A stretch of DNA of 63,864 nucleotides, the filler included, from Octopus bimaculoides (Eukaryota): the NCBI RefSeq assembly GCF_001194135.2. It is 6 parts of 6 records of this genome, joined end to end, with 100 filler letters (N's around TTAATTAATTAA, not from the genome) between each part and the next. Parts side by side here need not be neighbours in the genome. Positions count along the whole stretch, not along the records: positions 1 to 27,798 come from NC_068986.1; 5 more parts are not named here. The stretch is one strand, 5' to 3'. Under the pieces are notes generated by a model, which was given only the letters and a program-made list of their open reading frames with translations, made no database searches and was not told where the DNA came from. This document shows positions 13,954-26,783 of the stretch, piece after piece. A program made the position numbers and the translations under genes. Position 1 is the first letter of the stretch. Every line of letters begins with the position of its first letter.

Positions 13954-16265
13954 TAGATATTATTAAGCCACAACTGCGTTAATCTAAATATTTGGCTCTC
14001 GTCGATTAAATTTGATCTGCAAGAAAACAAGCAGGTTAAAATTAGTATCATGGTATTGTTCGGATAATTTCTGTAATTTAACGGTATAATAAGGTGTAGT
14101 GCGGATGATTTTGACGACAGTGCTTCTTTCTGCTGGAAGTAAACACGCACATAAAAATACGAAAAGCAGAGAGAATGGAGAAATGGAGAGAGAGGTGGAG
14201 AGGATGATATAGATATTAAAACGAAAGAAACATTGAAACATTTGATGTCCAATAAGTTACCATTAAATCCGTACAGCCAAATCAATGGCGCCATAACATC
14301 TGTGCTATCTCGTCTCAGAGCCAAATCTAAGGGCTAATGTCGGTACTATAGTTCACTTTTAACGCCAGTTGACCCTCACCAAGATGCTCTATTGTCAAAC
14401 AGAATTGGCCAAAGATATGTGTAAGTGCAATAGGCTTGAAAAAGGGTAGTGACTGGGAAAAAATTTGTTTAACTGAGATTATAACTGGAACGATGCGAAC
14501 AAATAAAAAAGAAAAAAAAAAAGAAATGTTCAGAGAACTAAAAACAAAACCCAAACAGATAATTTGGTAAATTTTAAACAATGGAGACTTTTTAAAAAAA
14601 CAATGGTGTAATAGGTATAGGGAAAATATTTTCAAAGCCAAATACCATGAGAAGCTTTATATTGGCATTTTTTTATTGTGCACTGCAAAGCAGAATTCTA
14701 CAGAAACGTGTCATGCATAAACAAACATGAATACGCATAAACACACACACACACATACACATTTTCTCCGTCATTCTCTCACGAACTTACGCACTCATAT
14801 TTACACATATTTGTTCCTCGCTAACGTGTATTTAAAGGAACTAGGAGAATTGTGTTTATGCGGCAGATTGGTACCTTGAACCACAACCACAAATTGACCT
14901 GCAGATGTCAAAGGCGAAATTTGGCAGTGAAAAAGTGTACGGAACGCCGCCGTATATGTATGTATATATGTGTGGGTGGGTGTGCATTGCTGTGCGCATG
15001 CATGTGGATTCTGTTTCAATAGCGGTGTAAACCATTAAAACACGCGGGCGATGTCCCAGCGTAACTGTAACTCAATGCCTGATGTATACAAGACTATATA
15101 CAAATGAATATGTATGAGTTTGTAAGTAAATATTTATGTATGTCTGCATTTGTGTACGTGTATACATGCATACATATATATATATATATANNNNNNNNNN
15201 NNNNNNNNNNNNNNNNNNNNNNNNNNNNNNNNNNNNNNNNNNNNNNNNNNNNNNNNNNNNNNNNNNNNNNNNNNNNNNNNNNNNNNNNNNNNNNTACGTA
15301 TACAATATTAGTTATTTTTGCATGATACAAGAATTTCTATTTGTTTATGTTTTTATTTACGAAAATGCCTTTTAGATCTCTAACATGACACATGGATTAT
15401 GCAGTTCTCAACAGTAATTAGCTGAGCTACAAACTATTAATGTCAATAACATATCTTGTCCAATGTTCTCATTGTTAAAATTGTTAAAAAAAAAACAGGT
15501 AGTTCTTTGTCTTTTCAATCACCTTCAATTGTCAGTACTTATTTGAAACACATTGAACCTGAAAATGCATAAACTTGAGAAGAACCAGCCTGCAGGCACT
15601 ACTCTCCTGTTAAAAAGTACGTCAACTCCATGCAAAATACATTTAAATACATGCATTCTTTTCAGGTTATTTCGATGTTACACTCGCTTGCACTAAGCCT
15701 TATTGCACGCAAATGGAGAAAACGTTCACTGCGTATATATCGATCGCTGTACGTCAGCGTCTAACAGCTTTGGCTTTTTAATGCACAACAAATTGAAGTT
15801 ATTTTTCTTCTGTGCCTCTGATTAAAATTTTCGATAAACAAACCCAGCCACATTACTTGGAAAAAAATAATCTTTATTGTGCTGCTTTTTCGTAAAATTT
15901 CGCGCATGGGAAATGCAACAAAATCGCCCCACCCCACTTTGAATGGGAAATTCCTATCTTAAAAAGTAATAATCGATTATCTCGGTAACCATGGGAGTTG
16001 GAGGGCAATAAAAATCTCCTGAACATGAGCGGACCTTGCTGCCACTCTGTGCTGAATTTCACGCGATTCCACTGCACCATTCTCGAGTGAATCTGCCGAC
16101 ACTCAATCAATCAATCAATCAAGCAATCAAGCAATCAAGAACACTGCAATTTATAGTATAGATGAGCATTTCATAACAGATTTCCATGTACACCCGGTCA
16201 AATATTCTCGTATAACCACATAAAATCATATATAGACGTTTCTATGCACATGCTATACTCACATA

Positions 16266-16342
<77 letters not shown>

Positions 16343-16591
16343 AGATACTAAAATATAGACCCATGGAAAGAGTATTGGCATAACGTGGTATTTCTTTATT
16401 CTAATTGTTACATATGTTTCAATATTTGTCAGCACAAGTCATCGCAATAGATACAAATAGTTGATGCTGCTAGTGGGGCCTGCATGGATCATTCACATCG
16501 TCGCTTATACACGTAGCTACTTCGGATAAGGACATCTTGAACATACAAACCAGCTGCAGGTTTAACGCGTTTGATATTAGAATTGAGTAAA

Positions 16592-16765
16592 CAGGCCAGC
16601 TGGAAGAATCGTTGGCACGCCCGGCGATAGGCTTAGCGGTGTTTCATCCGTCGTTACCGTTCTGGGTTAAAATTCTGCTGAGGTCGACTTTGCTTTTCTT
16701 AATTTCGGAGTAGATAAAATAAATACCAGTTAACTATTGGGGACGATGAACTCGACTTACCCACT
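16592..16765 (+). mobile_element. tRNA-derived SINE family B, diverged
   Basis: Matches 20001-20217 (gaggtcgactttgc...aaataccagtt). Confidence 0.75.
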
Positions 16766-16810
16766 TATTTATTCTTTATTCTTTGTAAGCCTAGTATGTA
16801 TTCTATCCAA

Positions 16811-16902
16811 TCTCTTTTGCCGAATCGCTAAGTTTCGGAGACGTAAACACACCAGCATGTGTTGTCAAGCGATGGTGAGGGGACAATCACTGACAAAAAC
16901 AT

Positions 16903-16941
<39 letters not shown>

Positions 16942-17100
16942 TATGCATATACGACGGGCTTCTTTCAGTTTCCGTCCACCAGATCCACTCACAAGGCTTT
17001 GGTCGCCCCGAGGCTATAGTAGAAGACACTTGCCCGAGATGTCACGCAGTGGGACTGAACCCGGAACCATGTGGTTGGCAAGTAAGCTACTTACCAGTCA
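16811..17100 (-). mobile_element. SINE family A
   Basis: Reverse complement of the family A consensus with an internal (CA)n tract. Confidence 0.85.
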
Positions 17101-17495
17101 CATACACAAACATTTCTTCCGATACAAGTATTTGCATGGAGCATGCTGCTAGAAACATACATCGGCATATTTTATTATCTGGTTTTCATCTTAGTCATGC
17201 GACATAATTTAATAATGAGCGAATGTTTCTATGACAAACTTACCAAACAACAGCCGACCAACTTGCGTCACCGTCATCGTTAACATCAAGCATGAAGCAA
17301 CAGCAGAAGAAGAAGAAACAGAAGAAGAACAACAACAGCAGCAGCAATTACAAGAAAGACAGTAGAAGCAGCAGCGCCACTTTGGATGGCGAACGAGAAA
17401 AACAAGAAAACATTCAGAGGAACAACGTTGATAATAATAACAATTACAACTAAATCAGCACCAGCGACAACAACGTAGTAGTAGTAGTAGTAGTC

Positions 17496-17551
<56 letters not shown>

Positions 17552-18411
17552 CTCCGCTTATTATTGTCCCTAGTGCCGCAATGCATGCTGGGGGAATGAT
17601 TTCTTATCTCTATTAAAAAAAACAACAAAAAACACGATTTCCTCCCGAGATGTAAACACGGTAACTCATTGCACCTGAAACGCTAGAAGTATACAACCTA
17701 TGTGTGAAAGACAGAGATAGAAAGAAAGATGGCGACGAAAGGGGACAACACGAGGAGAGAATGAAAAAGAGACAGAGAAAAACAGAAAGTTATGGAGAAA
17801 AAAGAGAGATGGAAAAATCGTGAGTGGGAGAGAGCGGGAGAGAATAAATTGAAGAAGGAATGACACAGAAATGATTATATCGATATACATAAGAAATGTG
17901 AGAGAGAGAGAGAGAGAGAGGAGGAGGACGTCGAAATAGTGAATACCAGGGAAAGATGGTCACAGATGTTAATATTTGATAATTCTAATTGGAGCCTTAG
18001 TAAAGCATGTTGAGCTGTTATTGTGACAGCTGAGACTTACGGCGTGAGATATGCATAAAGAAAGTACAGATACGTAGACACACACACACACACACACACA
18101 CGTACGCGTGCTCACACTTTCAATCATACGCGCGCGCACATATGTCAAAGGATATTTTTGTGATTAAATTAAGAAACACCAACAACCTCCCCCCACCACC
18201 GCCTCCACCACACACAGTCATACAAATGCATATATACTTATGTAGATATGCGTGCATGTATAGAACAAACAACGGACTTTAGAAATAACCCAGAGTGGTC
18301 AGTGGCAGGAAAGTAAGCAACAAGAGAAATACAGGCGTATCAATACTATGCAACGTAATTTCCTAATTTGTTGAACTAATCTCCGACTCAAAGTATATAT
18401 TTATATATATA

Positions 18412-18592
18412 TTCTCTCTCACTTTTACTTGTTTCAGTCATTTGACTGCGGCCATGCTGGAGCACCGCCTTTAGTCGAGCAAATCGACCCTTAGAACTTA
18501 TTCTTTGGAAGCCTAATACTTGTTCTATCGGGTTATTTTGCCAAACCGTTAAGTTACGGGGATGTAAACACACCAGCATCGGTTGTCAAGCG
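18412..18592 (-). mobile_element. SINE family A, 3' half
   Basis: Reverse complement of cgcttgacaaccgatgctggtgtg...gactgaaacaagtaaaag. Confidence 0.85.
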
Positions 18593-19010
18593 AGAAGAAT
18601 TGCAATTAGTTCTTGGAGACTTTTATTTCGTGTTCTGTAGTTTGAGACAATTGTAGAGATTCTTTTCGCTAGGTTGACGGGGATGTTTGTCTTCGGGTGC
18701 TTTGGGTGACTGGAGGTGAACAGAAGGTATTGTTTGGAATCAGTTGGTTTGTAGTGGATATCAGTTTCAATGTTGGTGACTTTTTTCATAATAAGAATGT
18801 CAAGTAAAGGAAGTTGGTCTTGACTATATTCCATTGTAAATTAGATATGGCTACTGGCACTGTTGATTAAATTTTTGAAATCAATGAGTTGGTCGAGTGT
18901 GTGGGACCATCGGATGAGGCACTCATCCAAGTAGCGTTTCTAATTCTCCAACAGGTATTTGTGGAAAGACAGACCGTATTTAGATTTGGATGCTTCATAA
19001 ATTTCTTTTT
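18593..19010 (-). pseudogene. Penelope-like element reverse transcriptase fragment (palm/thumb)
   Basis: YLLEN*KRYLDECLI (decayed YxDD) followed by MEYSQDQLPLLDILI...IETDIHYKPTDSKQYLLFTSSHPKHPKTNIPVNLAKRISTIV, the typical PLE RT C-terminal motif; stops and frameshifts present. Confidence 0.85.
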
Positions 19011-20000
19011 TGTCTTTTCTACACTTTGGCCAATTTCGCCACAACCTTGTGGTATTGAGGTTCCTCCGCTGCAGCTGAGCGTTGGAATAAAAACAAAAAA
19101 GGAAGGTGGCTCTGTGCGTGGACGGTAGCGCGTGCTGTTGTTATCTATTAGCGACCATATAAAACACACGATGTTTCACCACTTTCAAGCATTCAAAAGC
19201 GAAACCGTACAAGGAAAGGTCTACATGAAGCTTAGCTGTACATATGTCCCCAATGGCATTCTCATATTCGTGACTATGTAAGCACACCATTTTTGGAAGT
19301 TATTTCTTTTTCTTTGCACTCACTCATCTCTGATTTTTTTGTTTGTTGTTTTTGGCTAAAATACCAAAAACTACTACAATTTTTATTGGTTAAATTTTTA
19401 TTACATAATTTACTGCACAGAGCAATTTGCGATTTAGGATTTATATGCGGAATGGTTTTCAAAGAATTCTCTGTAATTTACTTTCACCTCATAATACTGC
19501 AGTTCATTCTATGTCATGCATATTTCTAAATATTGGAGTTTTGCTAATGTATTTGTCTTCATGATGTTTAATCTCTAAAAACAAACAACCTATTATTTTA
19601 GTCATTGTTTCAGTTTCCTATCCCGACATTTTGATTATCTCTATTTTCCGATCATTGTTTGGATAATAACTGTATTTCATTTCATTCCAATATACATTAT
19701 CTTTATGTTCGGACTGATTCTTTGATTACGAATTACTTCCTATCCTTTGTGTTCTCTATCGTTCATTAATTACGAAATATATTTGGAAGATTGGAGATTT
19801 TCTCATATCTTGTTTCTTCATTTTGCAGGATATTAGTGCTCTCACTTAATTTGTACCTCTTGGTAATTGCATTTGTATATTTTTCAAACTTCAATCCAAC
19901 GCCTACACATCCAATGAATAGCTTCTGCCTTACTGCAAAAGTTTTCCTTATTTTCCCCAGTCTTTTTATTTATTATCTCTCTTAATATATACTACAAAAT

Positions 20001-20217
20001 AAGGCAGCGAGCTAGCAGAAACGTTAGCACGCCGGATGAAACGCTTAGCGGTATTTCGTTTGTCTTTATGTTATGAGCTCAAATTCCACCGGGGTCAACT
20101 TCGCTTTTCATCTTTTCCCGGTCGATAAATTAAGTACCAGTTGCGTACTGGGTCGATCTAATCGACTGGCCCCTTCCTTGCAAAATTTTAGGCCTTGTGG
20201 CTAGAGTAGAAAAAATA
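20001..20217 (+). mobile_element. SINE family B, full length
   Basis: gcagcgagctagcagaaacgttagcacg head, B-box-like gagctcaaattcc, gtcgataaattaagtaccagtt core, A-rich tail. Confidence 0.85.
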
Positions 20218-20219
20218 TA

Positions 20220-20765
20220 CGAGGGTGAGTCAAAAAGTAATGCCATTTTGTTTAAGACATGTATAATTACCAACACAGGAACATGTATCATACATCAAAA
20301 TGAAGCTGGTCCTCTGTTGATCACATCCCTACTTCTCAACATAGTCACTGTTTCTCTCAATAGCAGAGCATGTATCCCAGCCCTGTAAAATTCTCTTGAG
20401 TGTTCTTTGAGCCACCTCTTCACTACAGTTTTCACTTCCTCGTCACTAGAATAATGTTTGCCTCTCAAACCCTCTTTCATGGGCAGAAGAGATGATCCAG
20501 TGACGATGATAGTGCAGTGACGAGGAAGTGAAAACTGTAGTGAAGAGGTGGCTCAAAGAACAGTCAACACAATTTTACGGGGCAGGGATACATGCTCTCA
20601 TTCGAAGGTGGAACATTGCTATTGAGAGAAACGGTAACTATGTTGAGAAGTAGGGATGTGACCCACTACAGAGGACCAGTTTCATTTTGATGTATGATAC
20701 ATGTTCCTGTGCTGGTAATTATACCTGTCCTAAACAAAATGGCATTAATTTTTGACTCATCCTCG
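20220..20765. mobile_element. Foldback mariner-derived MITE made of two inverted transposase 3' ends
   Basis: TA on both sides; TIR cgagggtgagtcaaaaagtaatgcc; arms 20220-20447 and 20516-20765; each encodes mariner C-terminal peptide (SDEEVKTVVKRWLKE..FY.AGIHAL). Confidence 0.9.
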
Positions 20766-20967
20766 TATATTACAAGATACCGAAGAAGATTAGGAAGGCT
20801 GAAGACATTTGGTTGTGCCGTTACTTTTCATTTGGTGCTTATGAAATTAGTCCTGTCAGTAAGCCAATACATTCCGCAGTTCTATGTCTAACTCATTAAA
20901 CACCTACAAGGAACATCTCGGCACTCCTCTGAAAAAAAACCCAATTAACTCAGAAGTTTGGGTTTGT

Positions 20968-21176
20968 GATCCGGAATCCAGGTAAAGTCACAGGAGAAAA
21001 AGTCACAGGAAAAAACGCCGCAAGGGATTGATTGGCCTGGGTGGAAGGTTGTCCGAGGGGATTTTCTCCTAGAAGACTTTTGTCCGGATCCCATAAATTA
21101 ATGATGGCAATTTTCTTTTTTTTGCTGTGGCTTTTTTCCTTGCTAAAATTTTGACTTTATTACTGTGACTTTGACC
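20968..21176. mobile_element. Possible short non-autonomous DNA element with (sub)terminal inverted repeats
   Basis: ggtaaagtcacag (20981) versus ctgtgactttgacc (21163-21176); repeated aaagtcacag; GATCCGGA/TCCGGATC pair. Confidence 0.35.
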
Positions 21177-22979
21177 GTGGTGGCTTCAATTTTTTGAGCG
21201 TACATATGTCTTCTCAAAATACTTCAAGTGTTATGGCTCTTCTTTTCGTTCGCCATGATTCTTTTACTATCCGCATTCTTCTTTAGAAAATTCTTCTTGC
21301 TCTTGGTGCAATAAATTCTATTTAAATTTTATCCCAGTACTTGTTCACATTTAGTGTAGGCTTGACCTATTTCATTTCTTGAACGCCTTTCATACGAAGC
21401 GATTCTCTATGTTTTAGTATTGTTTCATTTCAAAGATGCTTTGAAACACACACGTGTTTTTGTTTACCATATTTCCGTTTTGTCGTTACCTTAGTGACTG
21501 TGATACAGATCATGAGATCCTAACTTTTATATTCTACTTTTTATTTTATTTAGTGCACATTATATCCTCGTTGTTTGGCTCAGATGTTATATTTAGCCTT
21601 CAGTAGATCTGAGGGAGTAAAAACTAAAATGAGTATATTAGGAATTGAGTCTTCTTATACACACCTTCATTGAACAGGTCTTATATTTTTAGAGGTAAAG
21701 TTACTTTCACTTTCAGTTTTATACTTTGTACCAACAGTTCTTACATGGTAAAATCTTATATGCTTTTAAGTCTATATTTCAAGCTTTAGATAGTTATGTT
21801 CATGGCTTTTTATGTTCATCGCTTTAATTTCCCATCCTTAAAAGTTCTTCATGTTCCACTTCATACATACATATAAATATACTAGTTTATGTTTTTCTAA
21901 TTCCGATTAGTTGGTCGCAATTCGAAATTTCTATTTTGTTACTTTCAAACATTTACTTTCATTCTTAAGACTGTACTTCAACAATATTCGTAAATAGTAA
22001 TAGATTTACTTGTTTCGTTTTTTTCTGTATGACTTTGTGCTTCAGTATTACTGTGATGTCTTACATGTCATTCTTTGATCATACACAAACACACACACAT
22101 ACACACCACATACACACCACACACACGTACACACACACACACACGCACGGGGACATGCATGCACATACGCACGCTCACGCACGCACACACATACACACAC
22201 ACGCACAGATATATAACTTACAACCGAATTTTGAAAATATATAATTTCCCATTCTTTTTTTATGATGTCTTGATTATACAAAAGTATATATATGCGCATG
22301 GCTTAGTGGTTTCGAAGTCTTTTGAAGATAGTTGTGTTATTTCCCATTCACAATTTCGTTTGTTTCTCATTCACGGTAGACTCTAACTTTAAAGTAAGGT
22401 TGAGAAACAGCAACGCATTCTTGCCGTGTCTACTTACGATTTGTCCCTTCTGTTTGCGAGACCAAAACTCAATACCAACTTTATTCACTTTCACTGAAAG
22501 CATGTTTCTTTATTTCTATCTTCAAGATGTCTTGCACGTCTAGTTTTCTTTTATTTATATTTGTATTCAAAGTATATCAGAGTTAAAAACAGACCAAATG
22601 ATACAAAGTTCAATTGCATTGGTTGCAGTTTATTGTGTTTCGGAATGGATCGGACTGGTCTTGAAATAAAATGTGCTGAATGAGTTATTTAGATACGTAG
22701 TTATGGGACAACCGCTGTGAAGCATAGCTAACACTCAAAATACATTACGTGTTAGTATCACACTCCAAGTCTTCTCCGTCACCCTAATCCTCTCACTGTT
22801 CTTAATCTTTCTCCGTGCTTCATGTATATTATTTTTTTTTTGTCCTTGCAGTTGTGTTTTCTTCTTTTTTCTGTGATGAAGCCCACCAACCCACATACAT
22901 ACATACATGCAAACACGAACACACACACGCACAGTTATACGTAAATAGATAGATAGATAGATAGATAGATAGATGCGAA

Positions 22980-23132
22980 ATGCTTCATTCAGATTCCATC
23001 AAGCAAATCCAATTCTTTCATTGGCCTGAGGGTATATTGGAAGACACCTTCCCAAAGTTCCGCACAGTGGAACCGAGCCTGAAAACATGTGACTTGGAAG
23101 CCAAGTACTTACCACACTGCCACGTCAGCACC
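22980..23132 (-). mobile_element. SINE family A 5' part, old
   Basis: Degenerate match to gaagacacttgcccaaggtgccacgcagtgg...cttaccacacagcc. Confidence 0.6.
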
Positions 23133-23213
23133 TATATATTTATATACATATATACACACAGAGACACACATACTCATATATCTATGGGGCGGGATGCGTG
23201 AGAGTATGTGTGC

Positions 23214-23273
<60 letters not shown>

Positions 23274-23481
23274 TGTGTGTGTGTGTGTGTGTATGGAAAA
23301 GTTCAAATTTTCGGCTTCTTAGGCTGCTTTAGACTCCAAGAGACCGAAACTTCGAAAGCATTGTCATTCCACTTCTCTTAAAAATACAATATGGTATCTA
23401 CAAAAAGTATTGAATAAGTCATCAGTTTAAAGTTCAATTGCTTTCAGTATAACTTTATATGAAAAGAATCATTATATATGA

Positions 23482-23520
<39 letters not shown>

Positions 23521-24765
23521 TGTGTGTGGAAAGAGAAAGAGGGCGAGAGATATGCATGAGGTGATCTGAATTTCATTTGACGCTTGGTTAGCTCGGCCAC
23601 ATCACACTTAATGTTTTCCATCAAGTGTTTGCGGCAAGGCTGCTCGCCGTTTCTTGTTGTGTCATAACCAGGATGAAGTCAATCTACCTTAATAATGCTG
23701 CAGAAGCCTAAATCTTGTGACCCTCGTCTGCTTTGAAAATATTTGTTTAATTTACTGTTAACATGTTTAATGCATGGACCGTACAAAAGCTAATCAGAAA
23801 TAATTATGCGTTAACGAAGAATTATTATTAACCAATAATTAATATTACATGTGATTTGGTACAATCTGTATCTTCGTGAAAATGACCTCCGATAGTTATT
23901 TATGGTAGGTTACTGTCTGATTTCAAACCCTGGTGAGCTTAAAACTTAGCTGTTAAAATTACTTCTAACTGTAGTACAAGGAGAAAAATTTCGAAGGCAG
24001 AGGTTAAGTCGATTATATCCACTGCTCCCAATAATTGACAAATACATATTTATCGGCATCCGAAGAATGAAAGGGAAAATCGAATTCGGCCGAATTTTAA
24101 ACGTAGAATGTTGAGTCAGAGACATGTCGTTGGGGAATGTTGTCAAGGGACCTAACGATTAAACCGTGTCGCCGTCTTATTTAAGGTAATAAAATAAAGT
24201 AATACACCTCTGTAATATATGAAAAAAGCCTGAAAGGTATAGCCGGACAAATATCATGAAACAATCCATCCGACATGATAAAGAGGCAACATTCATAAAC
24301 AAACAGAATAAGAGTAAAAGTGAGCAAATAAATTGTACTGTTCCACTTATGAAATTGTACTTATGTTAATAATTGATAGTCTATATAAATACATACATAA
24401 ACACATATCTATACATACATATACACATAAAGGTGTATGCATGTACGTATGTATGTATATAAATGTATATGTATATATATATATAGTTCAAATTTACAGA
24501 AAACGAAGGACGTCGACAGATGAAGGAACAAGAAACAGTTGTATTAAGTCTGATGCTCGAGAAGAATTGGAAATATCTCTACATATCTCTGTATTATAAT
24601 TCACTGGTCTGTTCATCCGTTATTCTTTAGTAAGTTAGAGAGATGGAGGTGGAGTGAGTGAGGGGTAGAGTAAAAGCGAGAGAAAGAAGGGGGGATGTGA
24701 GTAGAGAAGAAAGAAGGGGTGAAGAGAGAGAGATTAAAACGGTGAGAGAAAAGAGGGAGAGACAA

Positions 24766-24990
24766 GTGTTAACAACCACGAGCATATGGCGTAGTGGTTA
24801 ACAGCGCGGGCTACTAACCCCAATATTCCGAGTTCAATTCCAGGCAGTGATTTGAACATCGAAAAATACCTTTGGAATAAGAACTCAGGTTCGAAATTTT
24901 CCCAAGACACCTGATGAAGGCTGGAGTTTATATCAGCCGAAACGTTGTGTTAACAACAAACATGATGAGGACAAATATCCGTGAAATGTA
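24766..24990 (+). mobile_element. tRNA-headed repeat carrying a hammerhead ribozyme
   Basis: A box TGGCGTAGTGG (24787-24797), B box GAGTTCAATTCC (24830-24841), hammerhead at 24906-24951. Confidence 0.75.
24906..24951 (+). ncRNA. Minimal type I hammerhead ribozyme motif
   Basis: Stem I gacac/gtgtt, core CTGATGA plus extra A, stem II ggctg/cagcc, GAAA, palindromic stem III AACGTT, predicted GUU cleavage after 24946. Confidence 0.75.
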
Positions 24991-26000
24991 AATAATGAAC
25001 CTCATGTAGGTTTGAGAAAAATATATGTTTACGACACAATATTTAGCTCAGGGTGATATTCTGGTGTTGAAGTGAAAGAAAGGCAGATAGAGGGAGATGG
25101 ACAGGAAAGGCAGTTATACTGAGAGAGAGGAGAGAGAGATGAGACAGAGAGGTGTGGGAGAGAGGCAGATAGAGTTTATATTTTCGGAGTAGAGATACAT
25201 GGACAGAAAGAAAGAGTAGATATAAACAAAGAGATGAGCTGAAGTGAAATAAACTGAGCTTTGTCCCTGAAAACTACATTGATGATGATGGTGAAGCTGA
25301 TGGTGATGGTGGTAGTGTTGGTTTTCATAGTGAAAAGTATCTTTTAAAACTAAATCTATAATATTGTTCTTCTACCTCTTCGTTCACATTTTCTGCTTTA
25401 GTTTGTGAGAGAGGAGGAGGAGGTTGAGTGAGAAATAAGAGGAGGGAATGTGAGAGTGAGAGAGAAGATAGCCCGCCGATGCATTATGCTCTCATTCATG
25501 TGGTTAGTGGTAGCAAGAGATGAAGCGAAGGAGAGAAATGTTAACGATATGAAGAGGACAGTTACATGGGTAAAAAGTTTGTGGAATAGGTTGACAGAAG
25601 GAGAGGAATACGAGCCGCATAGCCGAGAGAAATTTAAAAATCACACAATATATGACAGGTAGTAAAATAACATAGAGAAATAGTTTCTTTTAATCTTTAT
25701 CGTACTGTTCTCACGCGTATATATATATATATATATATACATTTTTTTTCAGAATGAGATAACAATCCAAGGCTGTGACGATAATAGAATAATAATATCT
25801 CATTCTGAATGGGGTTTTTTTTTTCATATATACACATGCTGATATATGACCTACGTTGTACTCCTTATTTGCATAATCACCGAACCTGGAGCTTAACTAT
25901 GCTCTGTCTATAGCACTTACTCAGCATTACCTGACACCTTTGGGTCTTATTGACTCCATTACCTCTCATAATCCCTCCCCCTCTCTCTCTCTCTCACTCT

Positions 26001-26034
<34 letters not shown>

Positions 26035-26751
26035 NNNNNNNNNNNNNNNNNNNNNNNNNNNNNNNNNNNNNNNNNNNNNNNNNNNNNNNNNNNNNNNNNN
26101 NNNNNNNNNNNNNNNNNNNNNNNNNNNNNNNNNNNNNNNNNNNNNNNNNNNNNNNNNNNNNNNNNNNNNNNNNNNNNNNNNNNNNNNNNNNNNNNNNNNN
26201 NNNNNNNNNNNNNNNNNNNNNNNNNNNNNNNNNNNNNNNNNNNNNNNNNNNNNNNNNNNNNNNNNNNNNNNNNNNNNNNNNNNNNNNNNNNNNNNNNNNN
26301 NNNNNNNNNNNNNNNNNNNNNNNNNNNNNNNNNNNNNNNNNNNNNNNNNNNNNNNNNNNNNNNNNNNNNNNNNNNNNNNNNNNNNNNNNNNNNNNNNNNN
26401 NNNNNNNNNNNNNNNNNNNNNNNNNNNNNNNNNNNNNNNNNNNNNNNNNNNNNNNNNNNNNNNNNNNNNNNNNNNNNNNNNNNNNNNNNNNNNNNNNNNN
26501 NNNNNNNNNNNNNNNNNNNNNNNNNNNNNNNNNNNNNNNNNNNNNNNNNNNNNNNNNNNNNNNNNNNNNNNNNNNNNNNNNNNNNNNNNNNNNNNNNNNN
26601 NNNNNNNNNNNNNNNNNNNNNNNNNNNNNNNNNNNNNNNNNNNNNNNNNNNNNNNNNNNNNNNNNNNNNNNNNNNNNNNNNNNNNNNNNNNNNNNNNNNN
26701 NNNNNNNNNNNNNNNNNNNNNNNNNNNNNNNNNNNNNNNNNNNNNNNNNNN

Positions 26752-26783
<32 letters not shown>

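Noticed and set aside
24780-24850. tRNA gene
   Set aside because: No acceptor stem and an atypical anticodon; it is a tRNA-derived repeat head.
24955-24995. Second hammerhead-like motif (aTGATGA-gga caaata tcc-gtGAAAtgta)
   Set aside because: C3 is missing, there are extra bases before GAAA, and no convincing stem I.
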